Shown piece after piece: positions 41,720 through 52,682 of a stretch of 64,000 nucleotides of DNA. Under the pieces are notes generated by a model, which did no database searches, had not been told where the DNA came from, and was given only the letters and a program-made list of their open reading frames with translations. The position numbers were made by a program, and so were the translations under genes. Position 1 is the first letter of the stretch. The number at the start of each line of letters is the position of its first letter. Origin of the DNA: Actinomycetes bacterium (GTDB taxonomy: Bacteria; Actinomycetota; Actinomycetes; Actinomycetales; Dermatophilaceae); NCBI GenBank assembly GCA_029778715.1, contig JAKOPT010000090.1, forward strand, positions 16,336 through 80,335. The letters are read 5' to 3'.

Positions 41720-43363
41720 CTATGCGCGCTCGAGCAGCGCTTCGATCGGTATGCCGTCCGGGAGCGCACCGTATTCGAGGCTCCGGTCCGGGCCGAGCCG
41801 GGCCAGGCAGAACGCCTCGGCCACCGGTGCCGGAGCATGCTGGAGGAGCACCGACGCCTGGTAGGCCAGGGCCAGGGCCTCGACGAGCCGGCGCGCCCCG
41901 CCCGCTGCCTCGCCCGGATCCGCGGCGGCCCGCCGGAGCAGGTCGCGAGTGCGGCCCAGGTGGGCGTCAAAGAGCTCGTGCCGACCCGCGGCGGCGGACA
42001 CCTCCGCATCGAAGGCCGCGAGCGACTCCGGCTCTCGGCTGAGGGCGCGCAGCACGTCGAGAGCGATGACGTTGCCCGAACCCTCCCAGACGGCAAGGAC
42101 GGGCTGTTCCCGGTAGCGGCGCGCCATCGGGAACGCCTCGGTGTAGCCGTTGCCGCCGAGACACTCCAAGGACTCGTAGGCGTGGTGCGGGCCACGCTTG
42201 CACACCCAGTACTTGCTCACCGCGACGGCCAGCCTGCGGAACGCCTGCGCCGACGCGCTCTCGTCGTCGTGCGCGGCAGCGAGGGCGAGGGCGGTCCAGG
42301 TGGCCGCTTCGGCCTCCAGGTGCAGGTCGGCGAGGACGGCGCGCATCGCCGGTTGATCGGCGAGGAGCGCCCCGAAGGCCATCCGGTGCCGGGCATGCCA
42401 GGCGGCCTCCGCGACCCCCTGTCGCATCCCGGCCGCCGAGCCGATGACGCAGTCGAGCCGGGTGCGGTTGACCATTTCGATGATGGTGCGCACCCCCCGC
42501 CCGGGCTCCCCGACCAGCCAGCCCACCGTCTCGTCGAACTCGATTTCCGAACTCGCGTTGGACTTGTTGCCCAATTTGTCCTTGAGCCGTTGGATGAAGA
42601 ACGGGTTGCGTTCACCGCCGGGCCGGACCCGGGGCACGAGGAAGCAACTGAGCCCTTCCGGCGCCTGGGCCAGCACGAGGAACGCGTCGGACTGGGGGGC
42701 CGAGCAGAACCACTTGTGCCCCCGCAACCAGTAGGTCCCCTCACCCCGAGGGGTGGCCACCGTTGTGTTGGCCCGCACATCGGAGCCGCCCTGCTTCTCG
42801 GTCATCGCCATCCCGAAGATCACCCCGGACTTGGTCGCCGGGTCGCGCAGGTCGGGGTCGTAGTGCGTCGACAGCAGTTTCGGTTCCCACCACAGCGCCA
42901 GCTCGGGGCTGCGCCGCAGCGCCGGGACGGCCGCGTGCGTCATGGACACCGGGCAGCCGTGGCCGGCTTCGACATGACTGACGAGGAGGAACCCGGCCGC
43001 GCGGGTGGCGTTGGCGCCCGGACCCGGATCGGCCCAGGCACTGGTGTGCAGGCCGCGGGCGATCGAGTGACCCATGATCGCGTGATAGGCGGGATGGAAC
43101 TCGACGGCGTCGACGCGGTGCCCCCACCGGTCGTGGGTGTGCAGCACGGGCGTGACCGTGTTCGCCAGCAGCGCGTCGTGCTGGAACCGGGCCGACCCGA
43201 CGTGCCGCCCGATCTCGTGGAGGCGACCCTGGTCTGCTCCGGGGGCGAAGACGGCGACCGCGTCCTGCAGGGCGACGTGCGCGGCATACTCGTCGATGTC
43301 GGTGCGCGGTGGCGCTTGGTTGCGCACCTCGTGCGTCGCTGGGGCGGTCAACCAGTCGCTCAT
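41720..43363 (-). CDS. AidB-like acyl-CoA dehydrogenase family protein
   Basis: THEVRNQ, GCPVSMT, MTEKQGGSDV, GHKWFCSAP, KDKLGN, WEGSGN. Confidence 0.92.
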   Translation of the reverse strand: MSDWLTAPATHEVRNQAPPRTDIDEYAAHVALQDAVAVFAPGADQGRLHEIGRHVGSARFQHDALLANTVTPVLHTHDRWGHRVDAVEFHPAYHAIMGHSIARGLHTSAWADPGPGANATRAAGFLLVSHVEAGHGCPVSMTHAAVPALRRSPELALWWEPKLLSTHYDPDLRDPATKSGVIFGMAMTEKQGGSDVRANTTVATPRGEGTYWLRGHKWFCSAPQSDAFLVLAQAPEGLSCFLVPRVRPGGERNPFFIQRLKDKLGNKSNASSEIEFDETVGWLVGEPGRGVRTIIEMVNRTRLDCVIGSAAGMRQGVAEAAWHARHRMAFGALLADQPAMRAVLADLHLEAEAATWTALALAAAHDDESASAQAFRRLAVAVSKYWVCKRGPHHAYESLECLGGNGYTEAFPMARRYREQPVLAVWEGSGNVIALDVLRALSREPESLAAFDAEVSAAAGRHELFDAHLGRTRDLLRRAAADPGEAAGGARRLVEALALAYQASVLLQHAPAPVAEAFCLARLGPDRSLEYGALPDGIPIEALLERA

Positions 43364-43444
43364 CACTACCTCCAGTAGCCAGAACCTCATCCTACTTGCC
43401 GGTAACGTCGTGGGCGGCGGGTCGAGCGGCTCCTGGCCGGCGGG

Positions 43445-44017
43445 TCAGCGCAGCGGCACGAACCGGAAGTGCCCATGGGTCGTGACGACCGCCCCGGGGT
43501 TGGTGACGCGGAGCATGACCCCGGCGACGGGGATCACCATGATGCCGTGGGGGCCCAACTGGTCGACGAGCGCCTGGGGCAGGCGCGCCGGTTGCGCGGA
43601 GACGAGGATCCGATCCCAGGGCGCCCCCGCCGGGTCGCCGAGCACCCCGGGGGCCGCCGCCGAGATGCGCGCCCACCCTTGCTGGGTCCGAGCCAGATTG
43701 GCACGGCCGAAGTCCACCAAGTCCGGTTCGAGTTCGACGCCCTCGACCTGTCCGGTCGGCCCGACGAGCCGGGCCAGCAGGGCCGTGGTCCACCCGGATC
43801 CCGCGCCCACGTCGAGCACTCGCTGGCCCGCACGCACGTCGAGGAGCCGCAGCATGGCCGCGACCGTGCGCGGCTGCGAGTTGGTCTGCCCGTGACCGAT
43901 GGGGATGGGGCCGTCGTATGCCGCCCGGTCGCCATCGGCGGGCCGCAAGAACCCGGCCCGCGGAACGGCCGCGAAGGCCGCCGCGACGGCATCGGTCTCA
44001 GGGATGTCGGGGCACAT
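43445..44017 (-). CDS. pcm: Protein-L-isoaspartate O-methyltransferase family
   Basis: IGHGQTNSQP, LDVGAGSGW, FRFVPL; start position uncertain. Confidence 0.85.
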   Translation of the reverse strand: MCPDIPETDAVAAAFAAVPRAGFLRPADGDRAAYDGPIPIGHGQTNSQPRTVAAMLRLLDVRAGQRVLDVGAGSGWTTALLARLVGPTGQVEGVELEPDLVDFGRANLARTQQGWARISAAAPGVLGDPAGAPWDRILVSAQPARLPQALVDQLGPHGIMVIPVAGVMLRVTNPGAVVTTHGHFRFVPLR

Positions 44018-44115
44018 GGTCGGTCGCCTCCACCCGTCCACCCTAACTTGGCCCGCTAGACCCCGGCCGCTCCCGGCCGCGGTGCCCCTGCCGGGCCGGT
44101 TCGTACGATGAGGGC

Positions 44116-44754
44116 GTGAGTGCCCTCCCCGCCGCCGCGGCCGCCGTCCTCGCCCAGCTCGTCGAGGCCGGCCGGCACGTCGTCGAGCGCGGCCTGGTGC
44201 TCGCCTCCGGCGGCAACCTCTCGGCCCGCCTCGACGACGACTCCTACCTCGTCACCGCGTCCGGCACCTGGCTGAACCGGTTGTCCGACACCGATTTCAG
44301 TGTCATCGACAGCGACGGGCGGGTCGTGGCCGGGTCGAGCCAGCCCAGCGTCGAATGGAAACTGCACCATCGCACGTATGCCGCGCGCCCCGACGTCCGG
44401 GCCGTCATCCACCTCCACCCGCAACACGCCCTGCTCGTCGACATGCTCGGCCAGCCGATCCGCACGACGACCCTTGACCACGCGTACTACCTCGGGCCGA
44501 TCGCGCGCATCCCCTTCCGGCCCGCGGGCAGCGAGGAACTGGCCGACCTGGCCAGCGCCGCGGTCACCGACGGCACCAACGTGGTCGTCATGGCCCACCA
44601 TGGCAGCTCCGCCCTCGGCGACACCGTCGAGATGGCCCTGCGCCGGGCCCTCAACCTCGAGGAGGCCGCCGCGATGACCTACCGGCTGCTCCTCGCCGGC
44701 AACACCGACGCCGATTTCCCGGCACAGTGGCGCGACCGCATCGTCACCATCTAG
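44116..44754 (+). CDS. Class II aldolase/adducin family protein
   Basis: GGNLSAR, PSVEWKLH, IHLHP, MAHHG. Confidence 0.9.
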   Translation: MSALPAAAAAVLAQLVEAGRHVVERGLVLASGGNLSARLDDDSYLVTASGTWLNRLSDTDFSVIDSDGRVVAGSSQPSVEWKLHHRTYAARPDVRAVIHLHPQHALLVDMLGQPIRTTTLDHAYYLGPIARIPFRPAGSEELADLASAAVTDGTNVVVMAHHGSSALGDTVEMALRRALNLEEAAAMTYRLLLAGNTDADFPAQWRDRIVTI

Positions 44755-44853
44755 GACCAGCGGCCGACGGCGACGGAACTGCGCGTCCGGACCCGCCGAC
44801 CTCGCTCAACTGAAGCGTTCCCCTTCACCCCGCACGTTCTGAAGTCCAGGGCT

Positions 44854-45885
44854 TCACTCCCCGGGCGACCCAGTCATCGCCTCACCGCGGGCCGGCTCGA
44901 CGACGCCGCGCTCGGTGACGATCGCCGAAACCAGGCGCGCGGGAGTGACGTCGAACGCCGGGTTGAAGCCCTCGGTGACCAGCGGCGCGACCCGGGTCCC
45001 GGCATACGTCGTCACCTCCTCCCCGGCCCGCTCCTCGATCTCGATGTCGTCGCCGGAGGCGGTCGCGAGATCGACGGTGGACCAGGGGGCCGCGACGACG
45101 AACGGGATTCCGGCATCGGCGCAGGCCAGCGCCACCCCGAGGGTGCCGATCTTGTTGGCGGCATCCCCGTTGGCGGCGATCCGGTCGGCGCCGACGATGG
45201 CGCAGTCGACGCGGCCGCGCACGATGGTCGACGCCGCCGCACCGTCGCTTTGGAGCAGGTGCGGTATGCCGTCCGCGGCCAGTTCGTAGGCGGTCAGCCG
45301 AGCCCCCTGGAGCAGGGGACGAGTCTCGTCGGCATACACGACCTCCAGTCGCCCCCGGGCGTGCAACTCGCGCACCAGCCCGAGCGCCGTGCCCCACCCG
45401 GCGGTCGCCAGCGCCCCGGCGTTGCAGTGGGTGAGGACGCGCAGCCGGCGCCGGTCGACCCGATCGAGGAGCCAGTCGACGCCGCTGCGGGACAGTTCCC
45501 GGTTGGCGGCCTCGTCGTCGGCGGCGAGTTGACGAGCGGCCGCCAGCACCGCGGCGCGGCCCTGCGGCAGCACCGGCCGCACCTGGTCCACACCCCAGGC
45601 GAGGTTGACCGCGGTCGGACGGGCCGCCCGAACGCGATCGATCGCGTGCTGGAGGCTCGCCTCGTCCCACCCTTGGCGGCGCGCTTCGTCCATGGCGACG
45701 ACAACCCCCATCGCGCCGGCGACGCCGAGGGCGGGAGCGCCGCGCACGGCGAGCACCTCGATCGCGCGCACGAGGTCGTCGGTGGTCTCGATGGTGCGGT
45801 ACACCGTCTCCCCGGGCAACAGGGTCTGGTCGAGCAGGACGAGCCGGTCGGACGCGTCGTCCCAGATGATGGCGTGCACACTCAC
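44854..45885 (-). CDS. mtnA: Methylthioribose-1-phosphate isomerase
   Basis: LDQTLLP, VRGAPA, RPTAVNL, THCNAG, ETRPLLQGARLT, NPAFDVTP. Confidence 0.95.
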   Translation of the reverse strand: MSVHAIIWDDASDRLVLLDQTLLPGETVYRTIETTDDLVRAIEVLAVRGAPALGVAGAMGVVVAMDEARRQGWDEASLQHAIDRVRAARPTAVNLAWGVDQVRPVLPQGRAAVLAAARQLAADDEAANRELSRSGVDWLLDRVDRRRLRVLTHCNAGALATAGWGTALGLVRELHARGRLEVVYADETRPLLQGARLTAYELAADGIPHLLQSDGAAASTIVRGRVDCAIVGADRIAANGDAANKIGTLGVALACADAGIPFVVAAPWSTVDLATASGDDIEIEERAGEEVTTYAGTRVAPLVTEGFNPAFDVTPARLVSAIVTERGVVEPARGEAMTGSPGE

Positions 45886-45906
45886 CCGGCACACCCTAGT
45901 GCGGAC

Positions 45907-48030
45907 CTACGACACCTCCGCCGCGCCGAGACGGTCCAGGACGAAGGCCCACTCCCACGCGATCTGCTCCCAGGCGGCATACCGGCCGCTGCGGCCCCCG
46001 TGACCGGCAGCCATCTCGGTGCGCAAGAGAATCGGGGCCGCGGCCGGATCGTTGGTGACGGTGGCGCGCAACCGGGCCACCCACTTGGCCGGCTCGGTGA
46101 CGAACACCCGGGTGTCGTGGAGGCTACTCGTCGCCAAGATGGACGGGTAGGGCCGCGCGGCGATGTTTTCGTAGGGGGTGTAGGCCTTCATTGCGGCGTA
46201 CACCTGCGGGTCGGCGAGCGGGTTGCCCCACTCCTCCCACTCCCCGATCGTCAGCGGCAGGTCGGGGCGCAGCATCGTCGTCAGGGCATCGACGAACGGG
46301 ACGGCGGCGTGGACGACGGCGAAAAGCTCGGGAGCCTGGTTGGTGACGGCGCCGGCGAGCAGGCCGCCCGCCGAGCCGCCCTCGAGGCCCAGCCGATCGG
46401 GGGCCACCCAGCCGTCGGCCACGAGCAGGCGGGCGGCGGAGATCGTGTCGTCGAAGCTGTGCTGCTTGGCCAGGAGTTTGCCGTCGTCGTACCAATGCCG
46501 ACCCATCTCGCCCCCGCCGCGCACGTGGGCGACGGCAAACACCACCCCCCGGTCGAGAAGCGAGAGGCGGGCCACCGAGAAGTAGGGGTCGCTCGCGATT
46601 TCATAGGCCCCGTATGCCGTGAGCAGCCCGGGCGCCCGCCCGTCCGTCGCGGCGTCGGCGCGGGTGACGATCGAGACCGGCACCGAGGTCCCATCGGCCG
46701 AGGTGGCCCAGGCGCGGTGCTGGGCATAGTGGGTGGCGTCGAAACCGCCGAGGACGGGCTGGCGCTTGACAACCGTCTGCGCGCCGGTGGCCAGGTCGAG
46801 GTCGAGCATCGTGCGCGAGGTGATAAACGACTCGTAGGTGAGGAGCACCTCGCGCTGAGCGGACTCGGGGTTGTCGGCGAGGGCCACCGAGTGGATCGGC
46901 TCGGGAAAGGTGACGTCCCAGGGGTCGCCGAACCCGTCGCCCTGCCGGGGGATGACGCGCAGCGCCGGGAGCCCGTCGCGGCGCAGCGAGAGCACGAGCG
47001 CGTCGTCGAAGGCGTCGACCCCGAGGAACCGCTCCCCCGGCCCGCTCGCCAGCAGCGGACGCCAGTCGTCGCTGGAGGTGGATGTCAGCGGCGCCCAGGC
47101 CAGGTCGGATTCGAGGTGGTCGCGGTTGTGGACGATGAGGAGCCGGTCCCCGGCGGGTTCGACGTCGTAATCGAGACCCTCCCGGCGCGGCGCGACCACC
47201 TGCCAGGGCTCCTCGGGCCGGTCGGCCGGCAGCAGACGCACCTCTGTGGTGAGTTTGGAGCCGGTCGCGAGCATGAGCCACCGCTCGTCCCGGCTCGTGC
47301 CCAACCCCAACCAGAACCGCTCGTCGTCCTCCTGGTAGGTGAGGACATCGCCCGCGGGGTCGGTGCCGACCCGGTGTCGCCACACCTGGTAGGGCCGCCA
47401 GGCCTCGTCCAGGCGCGTGTAGAACACCTCCTGGCCATCGGCGGCGAACTCCACGCCGTAGCCGATGCCGGTCAGGGCGTTGTCGAGGACGGCGCCGGTG
47501 TCGAGGTCACGCACGACGAGGTCGAAGCGCTCGTCTCCGGTGCGGTCCACGGCATACGCCAATCGCGCATGGTCACGGGAGACGGTGAGGGCGCCGATGG
47601 CGAAGAACTCGCTGTCACCGGCGGCTTCGTTGCCGTCGAGGAGGACCTGCTCCCCCGGTGGCGGGCCGGCGGCGGTGTCGGGACGACGACGTGGCTGGGT
47701 GAGCGGGCAACGGGCGTGGACGGCATACTGATGACCCTCGACGGTGCGGGTGTAGTACCACCACGGGCCACTGGCCACCGGCACCGAGAGGTCGGTTTCT
47801 TGGACCCGGGACTTGATCTCGTCGTAGAGGCGCGCCCGCAGCGGCGCCAGGTGCGCGGTGCGGGCGTCGACGTAGGCGTTCTCGGCCTTCAGGTAAGCGG
47901 GCACGGCCGGGTCGTCGGTGTCGCGCAGCCACTCGTAGGGGTCGAGCACCCGGTCCCCGTGGTGCTCGCGCACCTGCGGACGGATCGGGGCAACAGGTGG
48001 CTCGGGGGCAGCGTCGATCTCGGCGGCCAT
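45907..48030 (-). CDS. ptrB: Oligopeptidase B (S9 family)
   Basis: DPYEWLR, HVRGGGE, GGSAGG, EWGNP, AGHGG. Confidence 0.93.
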   Translation of the reverse strand: MAAEIDAAPEPPVAPIRPQVREHHGDRVLDPYEWLRDTDDPAVPAYLKAENAYVDARTAHLAPLRARLYDEIKSRVQETDLSVPVASGPWWYYTRTVEGHQYAVHARCPLTQPRRRPDTAAGPPPGEQVLLDGNEAAGDSEFFAIGALTVSRDHARLAYAVDRTGDERFDLVVRDLDTGAVLDNALTGIGYGVEFAADGQEVFYTRLDEAWRPYQVWRHRVGTDPAGDVLTYQEDDERFWLGLGTSRDERWLMLATGSKLTTEVRLLPADRPEEPWQVVAPRREGLDYDVEPAGDRLLIVHNRDHLESDLAWAPLTSTSSDDWRPLLASGPGERFLGVDAFDDALVLSLRRDGLPALRVIPRQGDGFGDPWDVTFPEPIHSVALADNPESAQREVLLTYESFITSRTMLDLDLATGAQTVVKRQPVLGGFDATHYAQHRAWATSADGTSVPVSIVTRADAATDGRAPGLLTAYGAYEIASDPYFSVARLSLLDRGVVFAVAHVRGGGEMGRHWYDDGKLLAKQHSFDDTISAARLLVADGWVAPDRLGLEGGSAGGLLAGAVTNQAPELFAVVHAAVPFVDALTTMLRPDLPLTIGEWEEWGNPLADPQVYAAMKAYTPYENIAARPYPSILATSSLHDTRVFVTEPAKWVARLRATVTNDPAAAPILLRTEMAAGHGGRSGRYAAWEQIAWEWAFVLDRLGAAEVS

Positions 48031-48031
48031 G

Positions 48032-51000
48032 TCAGCCCCCGGAGAGGCAGCGCGGGCCGAGGAGCACCTTGAGGTCGCCGAAGAGGGCCTCGGAGGCGGT
48101 CACCCGGAAATGGGTGTCGAGGCGCAAGTCGACGACCCGGCCCGGTTTGACCAGCCGCACATGGACATCGGTGGTCCCCGGATGGTTGGTGAGGATGCCC
48201 TTCAACTCCTCGATCCGGCCGTGGGTGGCCCGCAAGGTCTCCATCGTGACGACCACCGGGCCGCGCGGGCCGTCGGTCAACTCGGGCAGGATCAACTCCT
48301 GGGCATAGATCGACACGCTGTCGTCGCGCCGGTTGACCTTGCCGCGCACCACCGCGACCGTGTCCTGGGTGAGCATCGTCTGGACGGTGAGATAGGCGCT
48401 GGGGAAGAACAGGCACTCGACCGCGCCGGCGAGATCCTCCACCGTGGCGATCGCCCACAGATCGCCCTTCTTGGTCCGCTTGATCTGCAACCCGGTGATG
48501 AGCCCGGCGATGGTCACCGAGGACCCCTCGGGTTTGCCGTCCTCCCCGCCGAGCGCGGCAATCTGGGTGTCGGCGTGCTGGGCGAGGATGTGCTCCACTC
48601 CGAACAGCGGGTGGTCGCTGACGTAGAGACCGAGCATCTCGCGCTCGAAGGAGAGCAAGGTCGCCTTGTCCCACTCGATGACCGGCACCGGGCTCAGCCC
48701 GAGCATGTCGATCTCGTCGCCGCCGTCCTCCTCCTCACCGAAAGACCCGAAGAGGCTGTCCTGCCCGATCGCTTCCTGCTTCTTGATCGCGACGAACGCG
48801 TCGACGTACTCCTCGTGGATGCGCAGCAGCCCCATCCGGGCCTCGCCGAGCCCGTCGAAGGCCCCGGCCTTGATGAGCGACTCAATGGTGCGCTTGTTGG
48901 CGACGACGGCCGCGCACTTGGAGAGGAAGTCCTTGAAGGACGTGAACGCCCCCTTGGCCTCCCGGGCCGCGATGATCTCCTCGACGACCTGGTGACCGAC
49001 GTTGCGGATGGCCTGCAACCCGAACCGGATGTCGGTGCCGACGGCAGCGAACTGCCCGATCGAGTCGTTGACGTCGGGCGGGAGCACCTTGATCCCCATC
49101 CGGCGGCATTCCCCGAGGTAGAGGGCCGATTTGTCCTTGTCGTCACCGACGCTGGTGAGCAGGGCCGCCATGTATTCGGCCGGGTAGTTCGCCTTGAGAT
49201 AGGCCGTCCAATAGGACACCAGCCCGTATGCCGCGGTGTGCGCCTTGTTGAACGCGTAGTCCGAGAAGGGCACGAGCACCCCCCAGAGGGCGGCGATCGA
49301 GGCCTCGGTGAACCCGTTGGCGCGCATCCCCTCGGAGAAGGGGACGTACTCCTTGTCGAGGACTTCCTTCTTCTTCTTGCCCATCGCCCGGCGCAGCAGG
49401 TCGGCGTTGCCCAGGGTGTAGCCGGCGAGTTTCTGGGCGATCTCCATGACCTGTTCCTGGTAGATCACCAGGCCGTAGGTCATGCCGAGGATGGGTTCGA
49501 GCGCGGAGACCATCTCGGGTTGCAACTTGCCCTTGAGTTGCGGGTCGAGCGGGATGAGTTCCTGTTTGCCGTTCTTGCGCAGCGCGAAGTTGGTGTGCGC
49601 GTTGACGCCCATGGGCCCGGGCCGGTAGAGCGCCAAGGCCGCGGAGATGTCCTCGAAGTTGTCCGGCTGCATGAGGCGCAACAGGGTGCGCATCCCGCCG
49701 CCGTCGAGTTGGAAGACCCCGAGCGTGTCCCCGCGCCCCAGCAAGGAATACGTCGCCGGGTCGGTCATGTCCTTGGACAGGGCGTCGAGGTCGATGTCCT
49801 CACCCCGGTTCGCCTTGATGTTGGCGATCGCGTCGTCGAGGATCGTCAGGTTGCGCAACCCGAGGAAGTCCATCTTGACCAGCCCGAGCGACTCACAACT
49901 CGGGTAGTCGAACTGGGTGATGACCTGCCCGTCCTGGAGCCGGCGCATCACCGGGATGACGTCGAGCAGGGGTTCGCTCGACATGATGACCCCGGCGGCG
50001 TGGACACCCCATTGGCGCTTGAGGCCCTCGATGCCGCGGGCCAATTCGACGACCTCGCCCGCAGCCGGGTCCTCGGCGACGACCGTGCGGAACTCCACGC
50101 CCTCGGCATACCGGGCATGGGCGGGGTCGTAGAGACCGGTCAGGGGCACGCTCTTGCCCATGACGTCGGCGGGCATCGCCTTGGTGAGTTTCTCCCCCAT
50201 GGCGAACGGGTGCCCGAGGATGCGGGCGGCGTCCTTGACGGCCTGCTTGGCCTTGATCGTGCCGTAGGTGACGATCTGGGCGACCCGCTCGGCGCCGTAC
50301 TTGTCGGTGACGTACTTGATCACCTCGCCGCGGCGACGTTCGTCGAAGTCGACATCGAAGTCGGGCATCGACATCCGCTCGGGGTTGAGGAACCGCTCGA
50401 AGATGAGGCCGTGCGGGATCGGGTCGAGGTCGGTGATGCCCATGGCATAGGCGCACATCGAGCCCGCCCCGGACCCGCGGCCCGGACCGACCCGGATGCC
50501 GGAGCGTTTGGCCCAGTTTATGAAGTCGGCGACGACGAGGAAGTAACTCGCGTAGCCCTTGGACGTGATGACGTCGATCTCGAAGTCGGCCTGGGTGAGG
50601 GCGTAGTCGGGCACGCCCTGCGGGAAGCGGCGCCGCAGCCCGGCATACACCTCCTTGATGAACCAACTCTGGTCGCTCTCCCCCTCGGGGACCGGGAAGC
50701 GCGGCATGTAGCGGCCCTCGCCGACGGTGAACGACACGTCGCACCGGTCGGCGATCTCGAGGGTGTTGTCGCACGCCTGCGGCAACTCACGGAATGCGTG
50801 ACGCATCTCGGCAGGGGACTTGAGGTGGTACCCCGACCCCTCGAACCGGAACCGGCCCGGCTCGAGCAGGGTCGAGCCGGAGTTGATGCAGAGCAAGGCG
50901 TCCTGGGCCTTGTCGTCCTCGGGGTTGACGTAGTGCAGGTCGTTGGTGGCCAGCATCGGCAACCCCAGGTCGCGGCCGAGGCGGAGCAGGTCCTCGCGCA

Positions 51001-51637
51001 CCCGCCGCTCGATGGAGTTGCCGTGATCCATGAGCTCGAGGAAGTAGTTCTGCGCGCCGAAGATGTCGCGGAACTCCGCGGCCGAGGCGACGGCCCGGTC
51101 GTATTGGCCCAGCCGCAGCAGCGTCTGCACCTCCCCGGAGGGACACCCGGTGGTGGCGATGATGCCGGCGCCGTAGCGGTGGAAAAGCTCACGGTCGATG
51201 CGCGGCCACTTGGCGTAGACCTGGTCCAGGCTCGCGATCGAACTCATCTTGAACAGGTTCGACAGCCCGACGTTGTCGGTGGCGAGCAACGTCATGTGCG
51301 TATAGACGCCACCGGCGGACACGTCGTCGGCCCGCTGCCGCTCATCCCCCCACAGGGTGCGGGTGCGGTCGGTGCGATGCGTGCCCGGCGTGACATAGGC
51401 CTCGATGCCGATGATCGGCTTGACGCCGCTGCCCTGCGCCTTCTTCCAGAACTCGTAAGCGCCAAAGAGGTAACCGTGGTCGGTGGTCGCCAGGGCCGGC
51501 ATCCCCATCCGCGCCGACGCCTCGAACAGGTCGGTGATCCGGGCCGCGCCGTCGAGCATGGAGTACTCGGTGTGGACGTGCAGGTGGACGAAGTTGTCCT
51601 TGCGCTCCACGGGGGCGGGGGGCTGCTCGGGAGACAT
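48032..51637 (-). CDS. dnaE: DNA polymerase III alpha subunit
   Basis: HLHVHTEYSMLDG, GRGSGAGS, MPDFDVDF, KMDFLGL, FNKAH. Confidence 0.98.
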   Translation of the reverse strand: MSPEQPPAPVERKDNFVHLHVHTEYSMLDGAARITDLFEASARMGMPALATTDHGYLFGAYEFWKKAQGSGVKPIIGIEAYVTPGTHRTDRTRTLWGDERQRADDVSAGGVYTHMTLLATDNVGLSNLFKMSSIASLDQVYAKWPRIDRELFHRYGAGIIATTGCPSGEVQTLLRLGQYDRAVASAAEFRDIFGAQNYFLELMDHGNSIERRVREDLLRLGRDLGLPMLATNDLHYVNPEDDKAQDALLCINSGSTLLEPGRFRFEGSGYHLKSPAEMRHAFRELPQACDNTLEIADRCDVSFTVGEGRYMPRFPVPEGESDQSWFIKEVYAGLRRRFPQGVPDYALTQADFEIDVITSKGYASYFLVVADFINWAKRSGIRVGPGRGSGAGSMCAYAMGITDLDPIPHGLIFERFLNPERMSMPDFDVDFDERRRGEVIKYVTDKYGAERVAQIVTYGTIKAKQAVKDAARILGHPFAMGEKLTKAMPADVMGKSVPLTGLYDPAHARYAEGVEFRTVVAEDPAAGEVVELARGIEGLKRQWGVHAAGVIMSSEPLLDVIPVMRRLQDGQVITQFDYPSCESLGLVKMDFLGLRNLTILDDAIANIKANRGEDIDLDALSKDMTDPATYSLLGRGDTLGVFQLDGGGMRTLLRLMQPDNFEDISAALALYRPGPMGVNAHTNFALRKNGKQELIPLDPQLKGKLQPEMVSALEPILGMTYGLVIYQEQVMEIAQKLAGYTLGNADLLRRAMGKKKKEVLDKEYVPFSEGMRANGFTEASIAALWGVLVPFSDYAFNKAHTAAYGLVSYWTAYLKANYPAEYMAALLTSVGDDKDKSALYLGECRRMGIKVLPPDVNDSIGQFAAVGTDIRFGLQAIRNVGHQVVEEIIAAREAKGAFTSFKDFLSKCAAVVANKRTIESLIKAGAFDGLGEARMGLLRIHEEYVDAFVAIKKQEAIGQDSLFGSFGEEEDGGDEIDMLGLSPVPVIEWDKATLLSFEREMLGLYVSDHPLFGVEHILAQHADTQIAALGGEDGKPEGSSVTIAGLITGLQIKRTKKGDLWAIATVEDLAGAVECLFFPSAYLTVQTMLTQDTVAVVRGKVNRRDDSVSIYAQELILPELTDGPRGPVVVTMETLRATHGRIEELKGILTNHPGTTDVHVRLVKPGRVVDLRLDTHFRVTASEALFGDLKVLLGPRCLSGG

Positions 51638-51749
51638 CGCCACCCATCCTAGGTCGGGTCAGGGACAGTCCCCGGGAGCCACGCGGCCCCTCGTATGCCG
51701 CCCGCTCGCCCGGGTGCGCAGGTGGCCTTCGTCGTCGCGCCAGGAGCAC

Positions 51750-52682
51750 TCAGCCGGCCGCCAAGACGTCGAGGGCATGATGCAGGTCGGCCGGGTAGGT
51801 CGACGTGAAGGTCACCCACTCCCCCGAGCCGGGATGCTCGAACCCCAATTCCATCGCATGCAACCACTGCCGCTCCAGGCCCAGGCGCTTGGCGAGCACC
51901 GGGTCGGCGCCGTAGAGCGGGTCGCCGACACAGGGGTGCCGGATCGCGGCCATGTGAACCCGGATCTGGTGCGTGCGCCCGGTCTCCAACCCCACCTCGA
52001 GCAGGCTCGCGTGCCGGAAGGCCTCCAACAGGGTGTAGTGCGTCACGGCATGCCGGCCCGAGTCCATGACCGCGAACTTGTAGTCATGCCCGGGGTGCCG
52101 CCCGATGGGGGCATCGATGGTGCCGACGAGCGGGTCGGGCAGGCCCTGGACGAGCGCGTGATAGGTCTTCTCGACCCGCCGCTCCTTGAAGGCCCGCTTG
52201 AGCAGCGAGTACGCGCGCTCGCTCTTGCAGACGACCATGAGGCCGCTGGTGCCGACGTCGAGGCGGGACACGATCCCCTGCCGCTCGCTGGCCCCGCTCG
52301 TCGCGACCCGGTAGCCGGCCGCCTTGAGACCGGCGAGGACGTTGGGCCCGCTCCAGCCCACGCTCGGGTGCGCCGCGACCCCGACCGGCTTGTCGACGAC
52401 GACGATGTCGTCGTCGTCGTGGACGATGCCCATGCCGGGCACCGGTTCGGCGATGATTTCCAGGGTCGGGCTGGGGCCCGCGCTCGGCAGAGTGACTTCC
52501 AGCAGGTCCGCGGCACGCACCCGGTGCGACTTGCCGACGACGGTCCCGTTGACGCTCACCCCGCCGCCGGCGGCGAGGTCGGCGGCCCGGGTGCGGGACA
52601 GCCCGAAAAGCCGGGCCAGGGCCGCGTCGACGCGCTCGCCCTCCAACCCTTCGGGCACGAGCACGGTCCGCGGGTCACTCAT
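51750..52682 (-). CDS. RluA family pseudouridine synthase with S4 domain
   Basis: [29 protein letters not shown]. Confidence 0.95.
   Translation of the reverse strand: MSDPRTVLVPEGLEGERVDAALARLFGLSRTRAADLAAGGGVSVNGTVVGKSHRVRAADLLEVTLPSAGPSPTLEIIAEPVPGMGIVHDDDDIVVVDKPVGVAAHPSVGWSGPNVLAGLKAAGYRVATSGASERQGIVSRLDVGTSGLMVVCKSERAYSLLKRAFKERRVEKTYHALVQGLPDPLVGTIDAPIGRHPGHDYKFAVMDSGRHAVTHYTLLEAFRHASLLEVGLETGRTHQIRVHMAAIRHPCVGDPLYGADPVLAKRLGLERQWLHAMELGFEHPGSGEWVTFTSTYPADLHHALDVLAAG

Noticed and set aside
48032-51637. Intein in DnaE
   Set aside because: Length is normal (about 1200 aa) and I saw no splicing motifs
48029-51652. Long antisense ORFs (1207 aa here; also 45250-48072, 37942-40221, 25725-27935)
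   Set aside because: Shadow frames opposite well-supported genes, typical of high-GC DNA, with no recognisable motifs
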